A stretch of 64,000 bases of DNA, taken from the NCBI RefSeq assembly GCF_009914755.1, contig NC_060929.1; one strand, given 5' to 3'. Positions within the stretch are counted from its first letter, which is position 1; every line of letters begins with the position of its first letter. The notes below the pieces were generated by a model, which saw only the letters and a list, made by a program, of their open reading frames with translations, was not told the DNA's origin and did no database searches. Source of the stretch: the human T2T-CHM13v2.0 reference genome, Homo sapiens. Positions 40,473 to 60,164 of the stretch are shown here, in pieces. Both the position numbers and the translations under genes were made by a program.

Positions 40473-43400
40473 AACGGGTGATTTTCTTGAGGACTCATTG
40501 TGTGATCCAGCAGGTGTGGTGGAAGAATGTCAGAAGCTAAGGGTGGGTAGTTGTAGGAAATAGGGGTCAGAAAAGACACACAGATGCTTTGGAGTCCTGG
40601 GCTTCTTATGGTGGCTGATGTAGCAGAGATAAAGGATCTGATGGTGACAAGGCAGAGGGTGTAGTCAGGGTGTGAGTGACGGGAGAAGGAAGGGCAAAGA
40701 GGTCTTGCCAGAGCACTCTGAGTTCTGCGGCCCCCTTGGCTCCTGCAAATGGAATTGGCAAGGCTGGAGTGGGTAAGGTCTACCTTGCGGCATAGGGCTC
40801 TTTCTCGTTCCTGGAGTGGGTGATGCTCCCCCTTGCGTTCTGCCATCAGAGTCACGGAGGTCATAGCAAGGAACAGAAATCTAGCTTTGGAAAAAGAGCT
40901 CGCTGGAAGATCTCTCATGGGCTGCAAAGGCTGCCTGATGTTGGCAGCGGGAGCTCACTGTACCTCTTTCCAGTCTCTGCTGCTAAGACTTAGCAACCAA
41001 CTTTCAGTCTCTCTTGCTGTCAGTTCAAATTTGGGCTTTTGAATGGCCCATTGGACAGCACCAGGTGGTAAAAGCATGTTTCTTGGGAAGTTCCATTTCT
41101 GGATTGTGGGGCAAAGATCGGGGAGTTCAGGAGATTGAAGATGATTGTGAATTGGTCAGATACTTGCCAAAGTGTCTAATTCACTAAATTTAAGCATCTC
41201 ATCAGAAGTGTGTCTGTGGGGTAACAATAGTATTCTTCTCATTCAGTTGAGCTGAATGAAATGAGATAAATGTATAGACAGCACTTCATACAGCACCTGG
41301 TATCCCGTGGGTACTCTATACCTATCAGCCATTAGTTTTAGAACCATGGGGTCTGGTAATTTGTAATCTTACTGAGGGACAAGTTTGAATTGTTCCTGCT
41401 GTGTGTGAATCATTGGGCTCAGGAGGAAGTTGGGGATGAGGTGTGTGTGTGCTGGACAGGATGGGAGTGCTGAGGTCTGGCTAGGTCCCCAGCAGGACTC
41501 CCAGCAATGAGCACTGACATTTCAGCATGGCTTTGTTGTTCTTTATCTGGGTCTGAAGGGTGCACACTGCATTTCTATTTGTATTTTATTGCTTTTTATT
41601 GGGGAAATTCTCCTATAGAAACTTGCTTGAACATGGGGACCCCTGATGGTCTGGGGACTCATTCTCTGCTAATGGCAAAGGCCTCGGTCAGTCTCCTTTG
41701 GTGCCGTCTGCTATAGCAGCCCCTTCATCTCTCTGACCTTTACGGCTGGACTCCGCTAGCTTCTTTTGTGTGGTTTTCCACTTAGTTTCTATTAGGACAG
41801 ATCTTGAATGTGAGCAGCCATGCATTCACCCCTGGATGAGAATTCTAGTTAGCTCTTTTATTTGGTCATTTAGAATTTATTGGCTTATGTATCTATCTGA
41901 GCACTTGTGGATAAATGTGGGCATGATGCATGGGTATGCCCTCTATTGTGTGCTTTAAAGAGATCATAAATGTATCGATGGAAGTTGTATGATAAGAAAA
42001 ATGAGGTTTGTGCTGAAATAATTTGGGTTCCCACTGAGAAACCTTGAGGGCACCTAAATGTACTAAGTCTGTAATGTATTATTGAAGAGGAGACTATTCT
42101 CATTCAGATCACAGTGATTTGCAGCTACTGCAAGGTCATGGAGACCCTTTCTGTGATCACCTCTGGATTGTCCCAGGTAGCAGAGAATGCTGAACTGCTG
42201 ATATCAAATGCTGATTTTTTCTGATTTCTTGCTTTATTGCTGTGGATCTTGCTGTAAAGCATGGGCACAATTTTGGGGAAATAAACTGCTATAGACTTGA
42301 GGAGAAAAAGCCCTAAGGCATTTTTTTGACATGAGCCATAAATAAAATACAGTGGTAACTGAGAAAATAGATGGCTATAAAAATTCTTTGAGCATGTTAC
42401 TGATAGTATTATTTGATCATCTTCCAACAATTTATCCCATCAGATGTCTGAAAAGAGTAGAGAGGTGACCAAAGACAGGTGTTGTAAAATAGATTATTTT
42501 GAAAATATTAGCATTTTTATGCCTACCTGCCAGTGACAAAGTTTCTAAAGCCACGGGAGTTTCCTCATGATTATTTATGACAAATGATGAGCCTACAATA
42601 AAGTCTCTTATCAGTACTCATGTTCAGTCAGGATTGCCATTGAAGGGGGCATGGAATATACTGGTTTGTTCTCTTTATACGATCACGGTGTTTTGTTACT
42701 TCATTCTCTCTGGTTTTAAAGGATTTCATGGCAAAATACATACCTTATTCCTTTAAGTGGATTTTAAAGTAACCATGCTGTGAAAAATACTGCATGGTTA
42801 TTATGAAGTATTTTGATTCCATTTGCCTGATTCTTGGAAGAGGAACATTTATACAGTTCTGTTATCAACTTGAATGGAAAAGAATCGTATTTTTATTACG
42901 TAGAAAAAGTCATTAGGGTAAACAGGACGTAAGCATTAGACTTTGTGTATGGATAAATATTTCAATTGTCACAGACCATAAAACATTGCACCCATAATAT
43001 ACAATTAACTTAATTCTAGACTGAAAAGCAGAGGAGTCTGGTTTATTCCTGGCCCTGTGTTGGGTCCCTCTTCTCTGACCTGGCTATAGCCTGACACCCT
43101 CCATGCTATCTTGTGGCAATTCAAAGAGCTCCTGGGCCACGGTGGGGCAACTTGCAAAGCAGCTTTCTCACAAGCCATTGAGAGAGAATGGACGGTGTTC
43201 TAAACGTAGATTTGGTGTAGGATGCAATTCTGGCATCTGGATGGCCCTTCCTGAGTGGGCCAGGGCCGTTTTCACATGCACTTGTCAGGGCTGGTGCTGG
43301 CATGCAGACTAGGACTGCATTAGCCCCAGGGATTCAACGACCATGTGGCCCCCCACAGAGATTCCTATCCACCTGCAAGATGGCAATGTTGGACTCCAAG

Positions 43401-43539
43401 TCCACCTCTGTGCCCCTGTCCCAAAAGAATGCAGCTGCCATTTGTGTGAGATTTGACACACCTTCCCCCAAAGCCAGGATATGATAGTCCCCATGTAGGT
43501 GTAGTTGACATCTACTTGAGGGCCTCAAGACCATTCCTA

Positions 43540-43810
43540 TCATTTTTTCCCATCTGACTTTCCCACCTCCAGGCCTTTGCAGAGACTCTCCCTTCTGCCT
43601 GGAACATGCTTTTCACCAGCCCTTCTCTTGGCTACTTTCTACTTGTCTTTCAGAACTTAGCTTAAAGTTCCTTCCCCTGGCAGCCTTTGGAGCCCCCAGG
43701 CCTGACTGAGACGCTCTTCTAATCCCCCATACTTCTGTTAGTGAAGCCCTTCCTGCTCCAGAGTAAAATTTTGGTTTGTATAACTGCCTCTCCCACCAGG
43801 CTATGAACTA
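43540..43810 (+). mobile_element. L2 fragment
   Basis: ccacctccaggcctttgca...ttctgcctggaacatgct. Confidence 0.55.
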
Positions 43811-44122
43811 GTTTCTCCGTACTTTCAAAAACTGCTTCTCTTTTACATTTAAATATTTAACTCATCTTGACTTTGTTTTAGTGTAAAATGTGAGGTAAGG
43901 ATTTAACTTTATTTTCCAGATATTACTTACAGAAGAATCCTTTCCTTAGCCTTTTCCTTGTCTACACTGAGAAGATTACGACATATCATTCAAAATTTAT
44001 TGAGAGACCTCTCTACGTGCCAGCCACAGTGGTTGATGCTGGGGATGCAGAAATGAGTAAGGTGCTGCTCCTGACCTCAAGAGGCTTCCCTTCTGTTTGA
44101 AAAGACATAAATATAAACAAGC

Positions 44123-44203
44123 ATTAATTGGATTATATGAAATTGTCATCTTTGTAGGTCAAAATGGTCAAATATTGGCAATTTCACATGGTTTACCCCA
44201 ATA
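44123..44203 (-). mobile_element. MADE2 (mariner MITE)
   Basis: tatgaaattgtcatctttgtaggtcaaaatggtcaaatattggcaatttcacatgg matches the MADE2 palindrome. Confidence 0.8.
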
Positions 44204-44224
44204 TAATACAAAATAAGCACAATA

Positions 44225-44720
44225 TTTTAGGTTGCATTTCTCTGAAAATGGAGCCCTAGAAAATATACACATAGATGGTTTATTTGGAAATGATTCCAGA
44301 AAGAGACTCAGGAAAGGAGGGAGAACCAATACACAAGGATGCTTTTTGGAGCTGGCCAGTGCTCAGGCCACTGGTGTTTGAGCAGCTGAAACGTCCATGG
44401 AGTTTTGTGAAATGTGCCTCAGCAGGGTCTGCACAGGGGACAAGGGGGGAAACTTAATCCACAAGGGGCCCAGAGGGATTAGTTACCTCCCTCCAGTTCT
44501 TCTGGTGGCCCTGTGTGTGTGTCCAGGGGGTTTCTGTTGATGTGCCAGTCTTGGTATCAGAGAAGGCCTGGAGCAGGAAGTGAGAGATGAGCAGAGAGGG
44601 CTGAGTAGAGGTGTGGGTCAACTTCACCTGTGTGAGACTGATCGAGTGGTCTGAGACGAGTTGCTGTAGCAGTGGCTGCAGTGAGGGATGGGGCTGAGAG
44701 GATGTGAAGAGATGTTGGGT
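44225..44720 (-). mobile_element. LTR16-like ERVL LTR
   Basis: ttaggttgcatttctc...gagccc...ggtttatttggaaatgattccag motifs. Confidence 0.45.
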
Positions 44721-45004
44721 ACAAATGATAGTAGTGGTATATCCAAAGAGGAATGGTTAATTCTATGAGAGTTTGACTGGGAGGAAGTAAGAAGTAGTGA
44801 CTAAGGAAATAGAGGGAACCTTCAAGGATTCATTGGCACCAGCGTGGGGGGCTGGGAGTGAGCATTCTGGGTGGAGGGAGCAGCATGAAAGGACACAGCA
44901 CACTGAGGGAGCTTGGAGTAGATTGACGTGGTGGACATGGGGCTGGGTGATGGGATGTGACCAGAGAGCTGGGCAGAGGCCAGAGCAAGAAGAGAACTTG
45001 GGGG

Positions 45005-45454
45005 TGTATGAATTTGCTAGGGCTGCTGTTACAAAGTACCACAAACCAGGCAGCTTAAACAATAGAAATTTTTTGCCTGTAGGCTGGAAGTCCAAGATCA
45101 AGGTGTCAGCAGTGTTGGTTTCTTCTGAGGCCTGCAAGGAAGAATCTGTTCCATGCCTCTTTCTTAGCTTCCTGTGGTTTGCTGGCAATCTTTGGTGTTC
45201 CTTGGCTTATAGAAGTATCACCCCAATCTCTGCCTCCTACCCTCTTTATACAGAACACTCTTCCTACAGTGCTGTCTCTGTGTGCATGTCTGGGTCCAAA
45301 TTTCCCCTTTTTATAGGGACACCAGTCACATTGGGTTAGGGCCTACCCTAATGACCTTATTTTAACTTGATTATCTCTGTAAAGACCCTCTCTCCAAAAG
45401 AATGTTACACATTGAGGTACTAGGGGTAGGACTTCAGCATGTGCAGTTTTGGGG
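45005..45454 (-). mobile_element. MLT1C LTR
   Basis: tgtatgaatttgctagggctgctgttacaaagtaccacaaa...gaggtactaggggtaggacttca. Confidence 0.82.
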
Positions 45455-46016
45455 AAATCAGGGAATCTGCTGGGAGTCAGAAGCTGAACAGAGCCACCTC
45501 TGCTGGTCTTGCTGGGCTGTCAGTTCCCTTTGTCTTCCCATGTTTTGCAGTGAGCCGCAGGTGTTGAGTACTGCTTCTTACACCTGGGCTCGTTTCTCTT
45601 CCAAGGATCTTACTTGCATGCGATGTTGCAAGGCAGTTCTGTGGGGGTATATATTTGAATAGGGTTTTTAGAAAATGTCTTTAAATATGAGTCTGCAACA
45701 TCCTTCCAGGGCTAGATCACTCTTTGGTCAAATTTTATGCCATGGATTTGCCATGATTCTCTTTATTTCTGGGACTTTTTAGAGGGTTATTTTGTGTGTA
45801 TATGTTGTTAAAGAAGAAGGCTGGTGGTAATGAAATTGGGTTTTATTAGATACTGTAGAGCTACTTACTGACAGGCTTTAAGGCAAGAGTGGCATGGTAA
45901 GATTAGTGTTTTTCAAAGATCGTTCTGAAAGCAGGATAAAAAAGGGATTTGAAGAAATCAAACTTGGAGGCAGGGGTGCGGGCAGATGACTCAGGCAATG
46001 ATTCAGGCACACAGCA

Positions 46017-46197
46017 ATGAGAGCATGAACTAAGACTTGGATGCATGGAAGAACCCCCAGGAGCTTTAAAAACGTCCCAGTGTTGAAGCCCCACCTCAGA
46101 CCAATTAAACAATCCCTGGAGGCTGGGCCCACACACTGGCGTATTTTTATTGACGTTCCCTAGGTAATTCCAATCTGGGGCCAATGTCATGAATCAC
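46017..46197. mobile_element. MER5A1-like fragment within L2
   Basis: gcatggaagaacccccaggagcttt...cccacctcagaccaattaaa...ccctaggtaattc. Confidence 0.55.
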
Positions 46198-46779
46198 GAA
46201 TCAAAGGCAAAGCAATGGGGAAGGTCAATGGCAGATAGGGTTAAGAGATTTTAAGAAAGTAGAGTGATGGGCAGAAAAATAACTAGAATGAATCTGGTGT
46301 CTTGCTTACTTAGGTGTTACTCTAGCTACCAGGTATAAATTATACATTTCTAAGGAATTACAATATGCCGAGATACACTTAACACCAAAATTATATTAAA
46401 TATGACATAATCTTTCTTTGATTCAGAAGGCATTTTGAGACCTGCCTATATAGCTCTAGGACACTGTTATATGCATAAATACACTTATCGTTAAACACTA
46501 CACTAGATGTCCACATATAGAAAGAAAGGATTGCATCACAAACTTCAGCCATCCACATCTTCCTATGACACCATTTCACCCACATCAGTGCCCTGCTCAG
46601 AACCTTTAGTGACTCATCAGTGTTTACAAAATAAATTCCAAATTCCTTGCCTGGAGATTCAGGACTCAAGGCTTCCACCCATCCTATAAATAAACCTACT
46701 GCTCAGCCAGCCTATTTTCTATGGGTTTTAGGCTACTTCACTGTGATAATTAGTGTCACTATTGGGTGTGTGATATACA

Positions 46780-46985
46780 CCATGCACTGTTCTAGGCACC
46801 AAATACTGTGTTCTTTCTAATTCTCATAACAACACATATGGTTGGCTTTATTGTCTGTCTTACATGTGAGAAAACTTAGGTTCAGTAATGTTATGTAGCT
46901 TGCCACGGTTTTCACAGCTAGTAATGAGCAGAGCTGCGATTTAAATCCATGACTAAAGCCCATGTCATTCCCACCACACTACACT
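46780..46985 (-). mobile_element. MIR
   Basis: ttacatgtgagaaaacttaggttcag...cacagctagtaa. Confidence 0.65.
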
Positions 46986-47057
46986 GTGCTCCAACAGGAG
47001 CACTTCAGTTTCTGCCATTTTGCACGCTGTAATTTCCTTCTGATGTGGCCCTCCTCT

Positions 47058-48076
47058 AGTGCTGTGCTGGTTAATTTAATAGCTGGCTTTCTCAATGTAG
47101 CTTTGACATGAATGTTGGTTGACATTTTAATTTACATTAATGAGCACATCAGAACTTGAGTGTTTATCAACGATGTGAGGGACTTCTTTGCTGAATCAGA
47201 TAATAATTTTTAAGTGCTAGAGGAAGATTTCTTCCTTTTTTGGGATCATTCACAATATAACAACTACAGATATGAAATATTTTTAGGTTTCTTCTGCACG
47301 GTTAATATTTTTCTATCACTTTCTTACCTCTAAACAATCAACAAAACAACAAATCAAGCCATGCTTTGTGGGGTTTGCAGATTTCTGTTGTGTCAATACT
47401 CCTGCTATAAAGTTAGAAAGAGATGCATGGAGACGCACTCTTGTATGTAGTATTTCCACTGTGGAGATGCAACCGATGTAAATAATCTCGAGAACATAGA
47501 TAACAGTAAAATATAGTAAAATAGTTAGGAAGTGATGAGTTCTGAGCATTTACTGCCTTTTAAAAAATTTTTACTTTAAGTTCTGGGATACATGTACTGA
47601 ACGTGCAGGTTTGTTACACAGGTATACATATGCCATGGTGGTTTGCTGCACCCATTAACATGTCATCTAGGTTTTAAGCCCTGCATGCATTATGTATTTG
47701 TCCTAATGCCCTCCCTCCCCTTGCCCCCAACCCTCAACAGGCCCGGATGTGTGGTGTTCCCTCCCTGTGTCCATGTGTTTTCATTGTTCAACTCCCACTT
47801 ATGAGTGAGAACATGCAGTGTATGGTTTTCTGGTCTTGTGTTAGTTTGCTGAGAATGATGGTTTCCAGCTTCATCCATGTCCCTGCAAAGGACATGAACT
47901 CATTCTTTTTTTTATGGCTGCATATTTGCTGCCTTTTAAGATAGAATTTATTCATTGTAAATTTCTATAATTTAATTTTCAGTAACCGCCACATTTAACA
48001 ACTGCCTCACAATATTTCTGAGAATGTAACAATCAGCTCTCGGGAGACAGTGTGAGCCAGCTCCAGCACACCACTG
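47058..48076 (-). mobile_element. MER63 (hAT-Blackjack), interrupted by L1PA8
   Basis: TIRs agtgctgtgctgg / ccagcacaccactg; ttaggaagtgatgagtt internal motif. Confidence 0.78.
47564..47923 (-). mobile_element. 5'-truncated L1PA8 3' end
   Basis: atctaggttttaagccc..catgcatt diagnostic; 16-bp TSD ATTT(A/G)CTGCCTTTTAA at 47548-47563 and 47924-47939. Confidence 0.9.
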
Positions 48077-48220
48077 CTTTCCCTCTTCCACTCCACTGGC
48101 TCAAAGTCTACCCAGTCTTCAAAGTCCAACCAAAATTCTAGCATGCTAGAAAACGTACCAGGTGTATCTTTTCCTTCCTTATTGCCAGAAAAAAAGAAGA
48201 AAAAGAAAACCTATCATGTA

Positions 48221-49427
48221 CAGTCATGCATCATTTAATGATGGGGATTATGTTCTGAGAAATGTGTTGCTAGGCAATTTTGTTGTTGTACAAACATCAT
48301 AGAGTATACTTACACAAATCTAGGTGATATAGCCTGCTACACACCTAGGCTATATGGTATAGCCTATTGCTCCTAGACTACAAACCGGTACAGCATGTTA
48401 CTGTACTGAACACTGCAGGCAACTGTAACACAATGGTAAGTATTTGTGTATCTAAACACAGAAAAGGCACAGTAAAAATACTGTATAAAATATAAAAAAT
48501 GACATGCCTGTACAGGGCACTTACCAGGAATGGAGCTTGCAGGACTGAAAGTTGCTCTGGGTGAGTCAGTGAGTGAGTGGCGAGCGAATGGGAAGGCCTA
48601 GGACATTACTGTACACTATTGTAGACTTTATATACACTTAGGCTACAATAAATTTCTAAAACAATTTTTCTTTCTTCAATAATAAATTAACCATAGCTTA
48701 CCGTCACGTTTTTCACTTTATACACTTTTTTCCTCATTATTTTTAAACTTGACTTTTTTGTAATAACACTTATCTTAAAACACAAATATTGCACAGCTGC
48801 ACCAAAATATTTTCATTCTTTATATCCTTATTCTATAAACTTTTTTTCTATTTTTGAAGTCAAATTTTTTAGCTTTTTAATCTTTTTTGTTAAAAACAAA
48901 GACACAAATGCACATATTTGCCTAGGACTCCACAGGGTCAGAGGCATCAGGGTCACTGTCTTCCACCTCCACATCTTGTCTCACTGGGTCTTCAGGGGCA
49001 ATAACACGCACGAACCTGTTATCTCCTATGATAACAATGCCTTCTTCTGGAATACCTCCTGAGGGAACTGCCTGAGGCTGTTTTACAGTTAGCTTTAAAC
49101 AAATAAAGTAGAATGAGTATACTCTAAAATAATGGTAAAAAGTATAGTATAGTAAATACATAAACCAGTAACATTGTCGTTTATAATCATTATCAAATAT
49201 TATGTACTATACAAAATTGTACGTGGTATATTTTTGTGCAACCAGCAGTGCAGTAGGTTGGTTTACATCAGCATCACCACAAACACATGAGTAATGAGTT
49301 GCACTGTGACACTGACTGGCTACAATGTCACTAGGCAATAGGAGTTTTTCAGTTCCATTATAATCTTCTGGTACCACCATCATCTATGCAGTCTGCATTG
49401 ACTGAAACATTATGCAGTGCACGACCT
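48221..49427 (+). mobile_element. Tigger3b (Golem) DNA transposon
   Basis: TA|CAGTCATGC TIR; cacacctaggctatatggtatagcctattgctcc; right TIR ttatgcagtgcacgac. Confidence 0.88.
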
Positions 49428-49482
49428 CCCCACCAGGCCTTCTTTCGACCTAAATCCTTCTGAAATCCTTCAACCCTTTTAG

Positions 49483-49870
<388 letters not shown>

Positions 49871-51429
49871 TGACCACCTGTGAGGACAGGGAGCTTGCCT
49901 AGTAACCATTGCACTTTCTGACGATACTTAGCATCATCTTCACACATGCGGCACTTGATACTATAATATTGATCTAGTTGCTTTTTGGATGAATTACTCA
50001 CATGCAGTTGTAAAATCTCCATTTGTCCCCACCTCATAAAGTTGAGCACAAAAATACCAATCTGGTTCCAGGTGAACAGGAGTTTATTTGCCTAGCTCAG
50101 ACTCTGCTGACTTCAGGGGCTGCAAAACTGGCTCAGCGTGACCTCTGCATGCACTGTTCACATCTCCAGACTCACTTTCTTTGAAAAGATCATCTTTGGC
50201 TCTCAGAACCCTGGCAGCCCACATGCAGGCATCATTACCGTACAGCATTTCCTGCCTCCCTTGGGTCACCTCATCCTTTTCTTAGGCAGGAGTTCTGTCT
50301 ACCTGTTGAATTTTGAATGAAAACCCAATGGATGGAAGCTCTGCACTGAATTCTCTATTTTGTTCCTTGCTGAGCCTCCATGAATATGAAATACCAGCAC
50401 AAAGGGGAGAGTCAGCAGGTAGAGATCAACACTATCCATATTTAATGGAGAGGGAGTCTGAGTTCACAGGTGGAAAAGCCAAGTTAGAAGAAGGCCAAGT
50501 TCAATAATTTGCCCGTGCTCACTGAGTGAGTGTCTAGCAAAAAAGGAATGAATATCTTAAGACAAACTTCCATGATTTGTGCTTTAACGTAGCACCATCA
50601 TTTTAATGCCTAAGGAGGAGGGAAAAAGAAAAAAAAGCAAACAAGAACGGGATGAAATAACTATTGCTAATCAGAAAATGTCCCTCATCTGCAATGGAGT
50701 ACAAAAGAGGGGCCAGGGGCCCACATCCTTCGCCAAGAATCTGAGCTCTCTGTGACTTGGCGGCCCAGACTCTCCAACCCAATTTCTCTCTCCTTAGAAG
50801 GAAGACACGGAAACACTCACAATCTCCACCCTCTACTAAACAGCCAAGGTTGCAGGGTAGAGCTGCCTGGAGCCCAAAGCACAGTAGTCTCCCTACTGGT
50901 CCCCAAGAGTGTGACTTTCGATGTGGAACCCACAGTGATACTGGCCAGTGGCTCTTGGTAAGTCTCTCCCAATGACTGCATGTCCCAGCTTTTTCTTCTC
51001 TGGTCCCAGTGGTTTTTGACATCTTCCCAAGAAACTCCTCTGGTGGCAGCATGATCAGTAACAGTGGCTTTAGTCACAGCACCTGCAGTTCTCAATAACA
51101 ATTCCTTCCAGAAACCCTCTTTGGGGTTCCCAACATCTCTCATGTGTCTCCAGCCTTCTCTAACAGGTGCCAGGTTTCTCTGTAGCTGGGCAGCCATCTG
51201 TTAGCATTAAATACACAAATATATATATTCTTATAATAACCACATTGACGAATGAAACCTGGGTCCCATCATCACTTCTATTCCTAGTCATACATACTCC
51301 TTTTGCGTTGGACATAGAAGCACCAATGAATATCACAACCCAGAAAGATCTAACACATTTTTAACCTATGTTCAGTCAGTCTATAGGTTGCATTCTTGTT
51401 CACATAGCTGCTTGCTTATTCAAATAGTT

Positions 51430-51740
51430 GATTCATTCTCCAACTACCCTGATATTTATTGAGCACCTAGTATGTGCCAGGCACCATGGCATGGAGAATT
51501 AGACCCAATCTTCCTGTTCAAGGTGCTCACAGTCTGGTAGTAATAATGATGATAATAATAATAATAATGGCAAATACTGATAGAATGTTTAGTATGCGCC
51601 ATTCCTCAGTAGCATGAGATAAATACTATTATTCTACGTACTTTACAGATGAGATAAGCAAGGCTCAGAGAGCTTGAGTTGTCCATGTTCACACAGCTAG
51701 GCAAGTAAATAGACGATATTTCATGTCGTAGGCCCATGAC
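51430..51740 (-). mobile_element. L2 3' end followed by MIR
   Basis: atatttattgagcacctagtatgtgccaggcac; tttacagatgagataagcaaggctcagag. Confidence 0.7.
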
Positions 51741-53223
51741 ACAGGGAAGCCCCACGTACATAAGGCATACTCAGATTAAGGTGTGATTCAAACTTACCAT
51801 GCTTATGTACTTGCATTTCATTCTAATTATCTATCTACTATATACAGACATCTAATTCCAGGATTTTTCAGAGGTAATTAAATTTTAAAAAGAAGGAATA
51901 CTTGTTTTAAAGAGAATGCCACAGGGAGGCACTAACAATAAAAATGAAGTGTTCATTTCAAATGAGAAAAGTGTTCAGTTTTAGGGTTAGTGTGACCTTT
52001 AATTTACACATGTCTTCCAGTGCTTCTGGCAAAACTCAACCCTCTTTCTGGAGAAGTGGTCTTTACAGTGATGAATTAGAAAGGGCCAGAAAGATTTGTG
52101 ATTGCTAAAGAACTCTCAGGAAACCTTTTCAAAATAGGAAAGACCAGACGCATGGAGCCTATTTCCTTCCATGTGGAAGAAGGTCTGCAGACACAGACAG
52201 GAGAGAGTCTTGAAGCAGCCGAGCTGCTCTTGCCACTGTGGTGTCTGCTGAATGTCACCTCCCTCTGTTGTGCTAACACTGGCAGTTTTATTCACCCAAA
52301 GGTATGCCAGGTCTCCTTGCACTGATCTTTTGAGAACTGACAGAGGGCATTGGAACCTAATCGTAGGACCAGAAGCTTGAGAGGCTTAATAAATACACAC
52401 TCTGGCTATAGCCAGATGATGAGGGATGATACCAAATCCCTCATCAGCTCTCTCAATTCAGAGAAGAAGAAAAATCAATACACTGCAACCCCCCCACCCC
52501 AGGTTTTGTGGGATTGAAAGAAGTTCTTCCGCTGACATATTCGGCCGTTTGTTGTGCTGTCCCAGAGAGGCAGCCCACGGTTTGGTTTCTGTCTTCTTTT
52601 GATATTCTGCTTTGGTGATCAGCTAAGAATCCTCACCATGATGAGAGCTGAATCCTCCTTGTGGTATTCTTCCACACCCATTTGGGACATGACAGAAGTT
52701 TTTCCTGTCAGAAGGAACAGAGGATGGTGCCAAAAGGAAGAAGCTTCATGAGCTATTGGCAGCGACTCCACACTTATCTCTAGAAGAAAAGACTTTGCTT
52801 CCAATGTGCTTTTGCAAAGGAGTAATTCTTCACTGACGTCTTCCTAATCATACTTTTCCTAACTACAAATAGTTATAGTTAATCTTTTTAAGTAACAAAG
52901 GACATTTAACTAAAATAATACTTTGTTTTATACTAAGAGATTTTGGGGCTTTTGTCAATGTGTTTGAACTGAAGTATGAACCACTGTCTTATTTTGGCAT
53001 TAATCATAATTCCTTGCCTTCCTGGCCTCTGGCAGATAATGAAGCATTTTCACATATATTTTGCTATTTTATTCTTCAGACAACTCAATTAAGTGATTAG
53101 GTCAGGCATTATATGCCTTAGTTTGAAGATAAGAAACTGATGCTCAGAAGGGTTATGTATATCTGAACCCCCTAAGTGGCAGAGCTGGGATTGGAATCAA
53201 TGTTTTATTCGCAGCACATATAG

Positions 53224-53742
<519 letters not shown>

Positions 53743-54180
53743 TAGGGAAAGGCACTAGACCAAGAATCCACAGACTGAGATTTAACCTTGATGATCCTGC
53801 AGACTGGCTCTGGGACAAAAGGCAAGCTGCTCACCCTCTTTGTGCCTATGAAGTGGGGATCACAAATACTCAACAGACAATACAATACACAACACCAAAA
53901 ACACAGTAAGACAAATAAAATGTTTAATAAACATGCAGTACATTAAATTGTTGTAAGAAGTGGGAACTCACCATGCACATATGAGGTATAATTTGTTAAA
54001 AATTTTTCACTATAGAAACTTTAAAACACATTCAAAAGTAGGGAGAATAGCATAATGAACCCTCCAGACTCCATCTCCTAGGTACAATGATCAACTCAAG
54101 GCTTAACTTCTTTAATTTCTACCCCCATCCATTCCCCACCCACGCTGGATGACCTTGAAGCAAATCCAAGACATCACATC

Positions 54181-54602
54181 TGTATGTTTCCTAGGGCTGC
54201 CATAACAGATGGCTCGAAACAACAGACATTTACTCTCTCCCATCCCTGGAGGCTAGAAATCTGAGATCAAGGTGTCATAATAGTTGGTTCCTTCTGGGCG
54301 CACTGAGGAAGCATCTGCTCACACCTCTCTCCGAGCTTCTCATGGTTGCTGGCAGTCCTTGGGGTTCCTAGGCTTGTAGATGCATCACAACCTGTATCTT
54401 CATGTAGCGTTTTCCTTGTGCTGTTGCTGTGTCTCTTCTCTTCTTACAAGATGCCTGTCACAATGCATTAAGGGCCTACTCTACTCCAGTATGATCTCAT
54501 CTTAACTAATTATGTCCACAATGACCTTATTTCCAAATAAGTTCACATTCTAAGGATCCAGGGAATATGTGAATTTTGAGGGTTACTATTCAATCCTCTT
54601 CA
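54181..54602 (-). mobile_element. MLT1B/C LTR
   Basis: tgtatgtttcctagggctgccataac...accttatttccaaataag. Confidence 0.78.
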
Positions 54603-54927
54603 ACTGGAAATATTTCTGTACATGTCTCTAAAAGAGGACTATTGCAATAAAATACAGCCACAATACAATGATCACACCTCAAAAAAGAGCCATAATTCCC
54701 TAATATCATCAGGTATCTAATCAGACATACACTTTTCAAAGTTTGTTTAAGTCAGGATCCTCATTATTTAATACGTGTCCTAAAGATCTTTTAATCTACA
54801 TCACACCTACTTTTGTTTTTCCTTTGCTATATGTTTTGTTGAATAAACTGGATTGTTCATCATATAGTTTCCCATTTGAGTTTTGCTGCTTACTTTCCAG
54901 TGATATCCTCTCAAGGTGATTGATGGC

Positions 54928-55669
<742 letters not shown>

Positions 55670-56240
55670 TTAGTACATTGCAATTATTAACCTATTAATA
55701 CTCAAATAGATCCATCTTTAGCCAGTTGGGCCTTCAGGTTGACTCCCGAATTATTTGTTTTTGTCTTTGACATGGCCTTAATAATCTTTGGTAGTAGCTT
55801 CCTTACTTTGTGGTATGACAAGATGTTCTAGGCTTCTCTTATATGTTTCCTACGCCAGACTCAGAAATTTAAGAAACCTTTGTTCCTTTTAGTGAGAAAA
55901 AATACTTAGAGACCACAATCTGGGCCCTAGGTATGCTGAGCACACTGAGTTAGTCATTGCTTCTAGGCCTTGTCAGTAGATAGAGCTAGAGATTCTTATT
56001 TCAGATAAAATGTATTTTTATTTTATTTTATTATTATTATACTTTAAGTTTTAGGGTACATGTGCACAATGTGCAGGTTAGTTACATATGTATACATGTG
56101 CCATGCTAGTGTGCTGCACCCATTAATTCGTCATTTAGCATTAGGTATATCTCCTAATGCTATCCATCCCCCCTCCCCCCACCCCACAACAGTCCCCAGA
56201 GTGTGATGTTCCCCTTCCTGTGTCCATGTGTTCTCATTGT

Positions 56241-60116
<3,876 letters not shown>

Positions 60117-60164
60117 TTATTTTGCTCATTAGTTGATGCAGTTTCTTCCTAGTCTCGATGGTCT

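Noticed and set aside
44797-45339. 180-aa ORF and the overlapping 141-aa antisense ORF
   Set aside because: Largely translation of the MLT1C LTR and flanking relic sequence.
52070-52306. Possible exon ending AAG|gtatgc
   Set aside because: Weak acceptor, stop codons at the start, unrecognised peptide.
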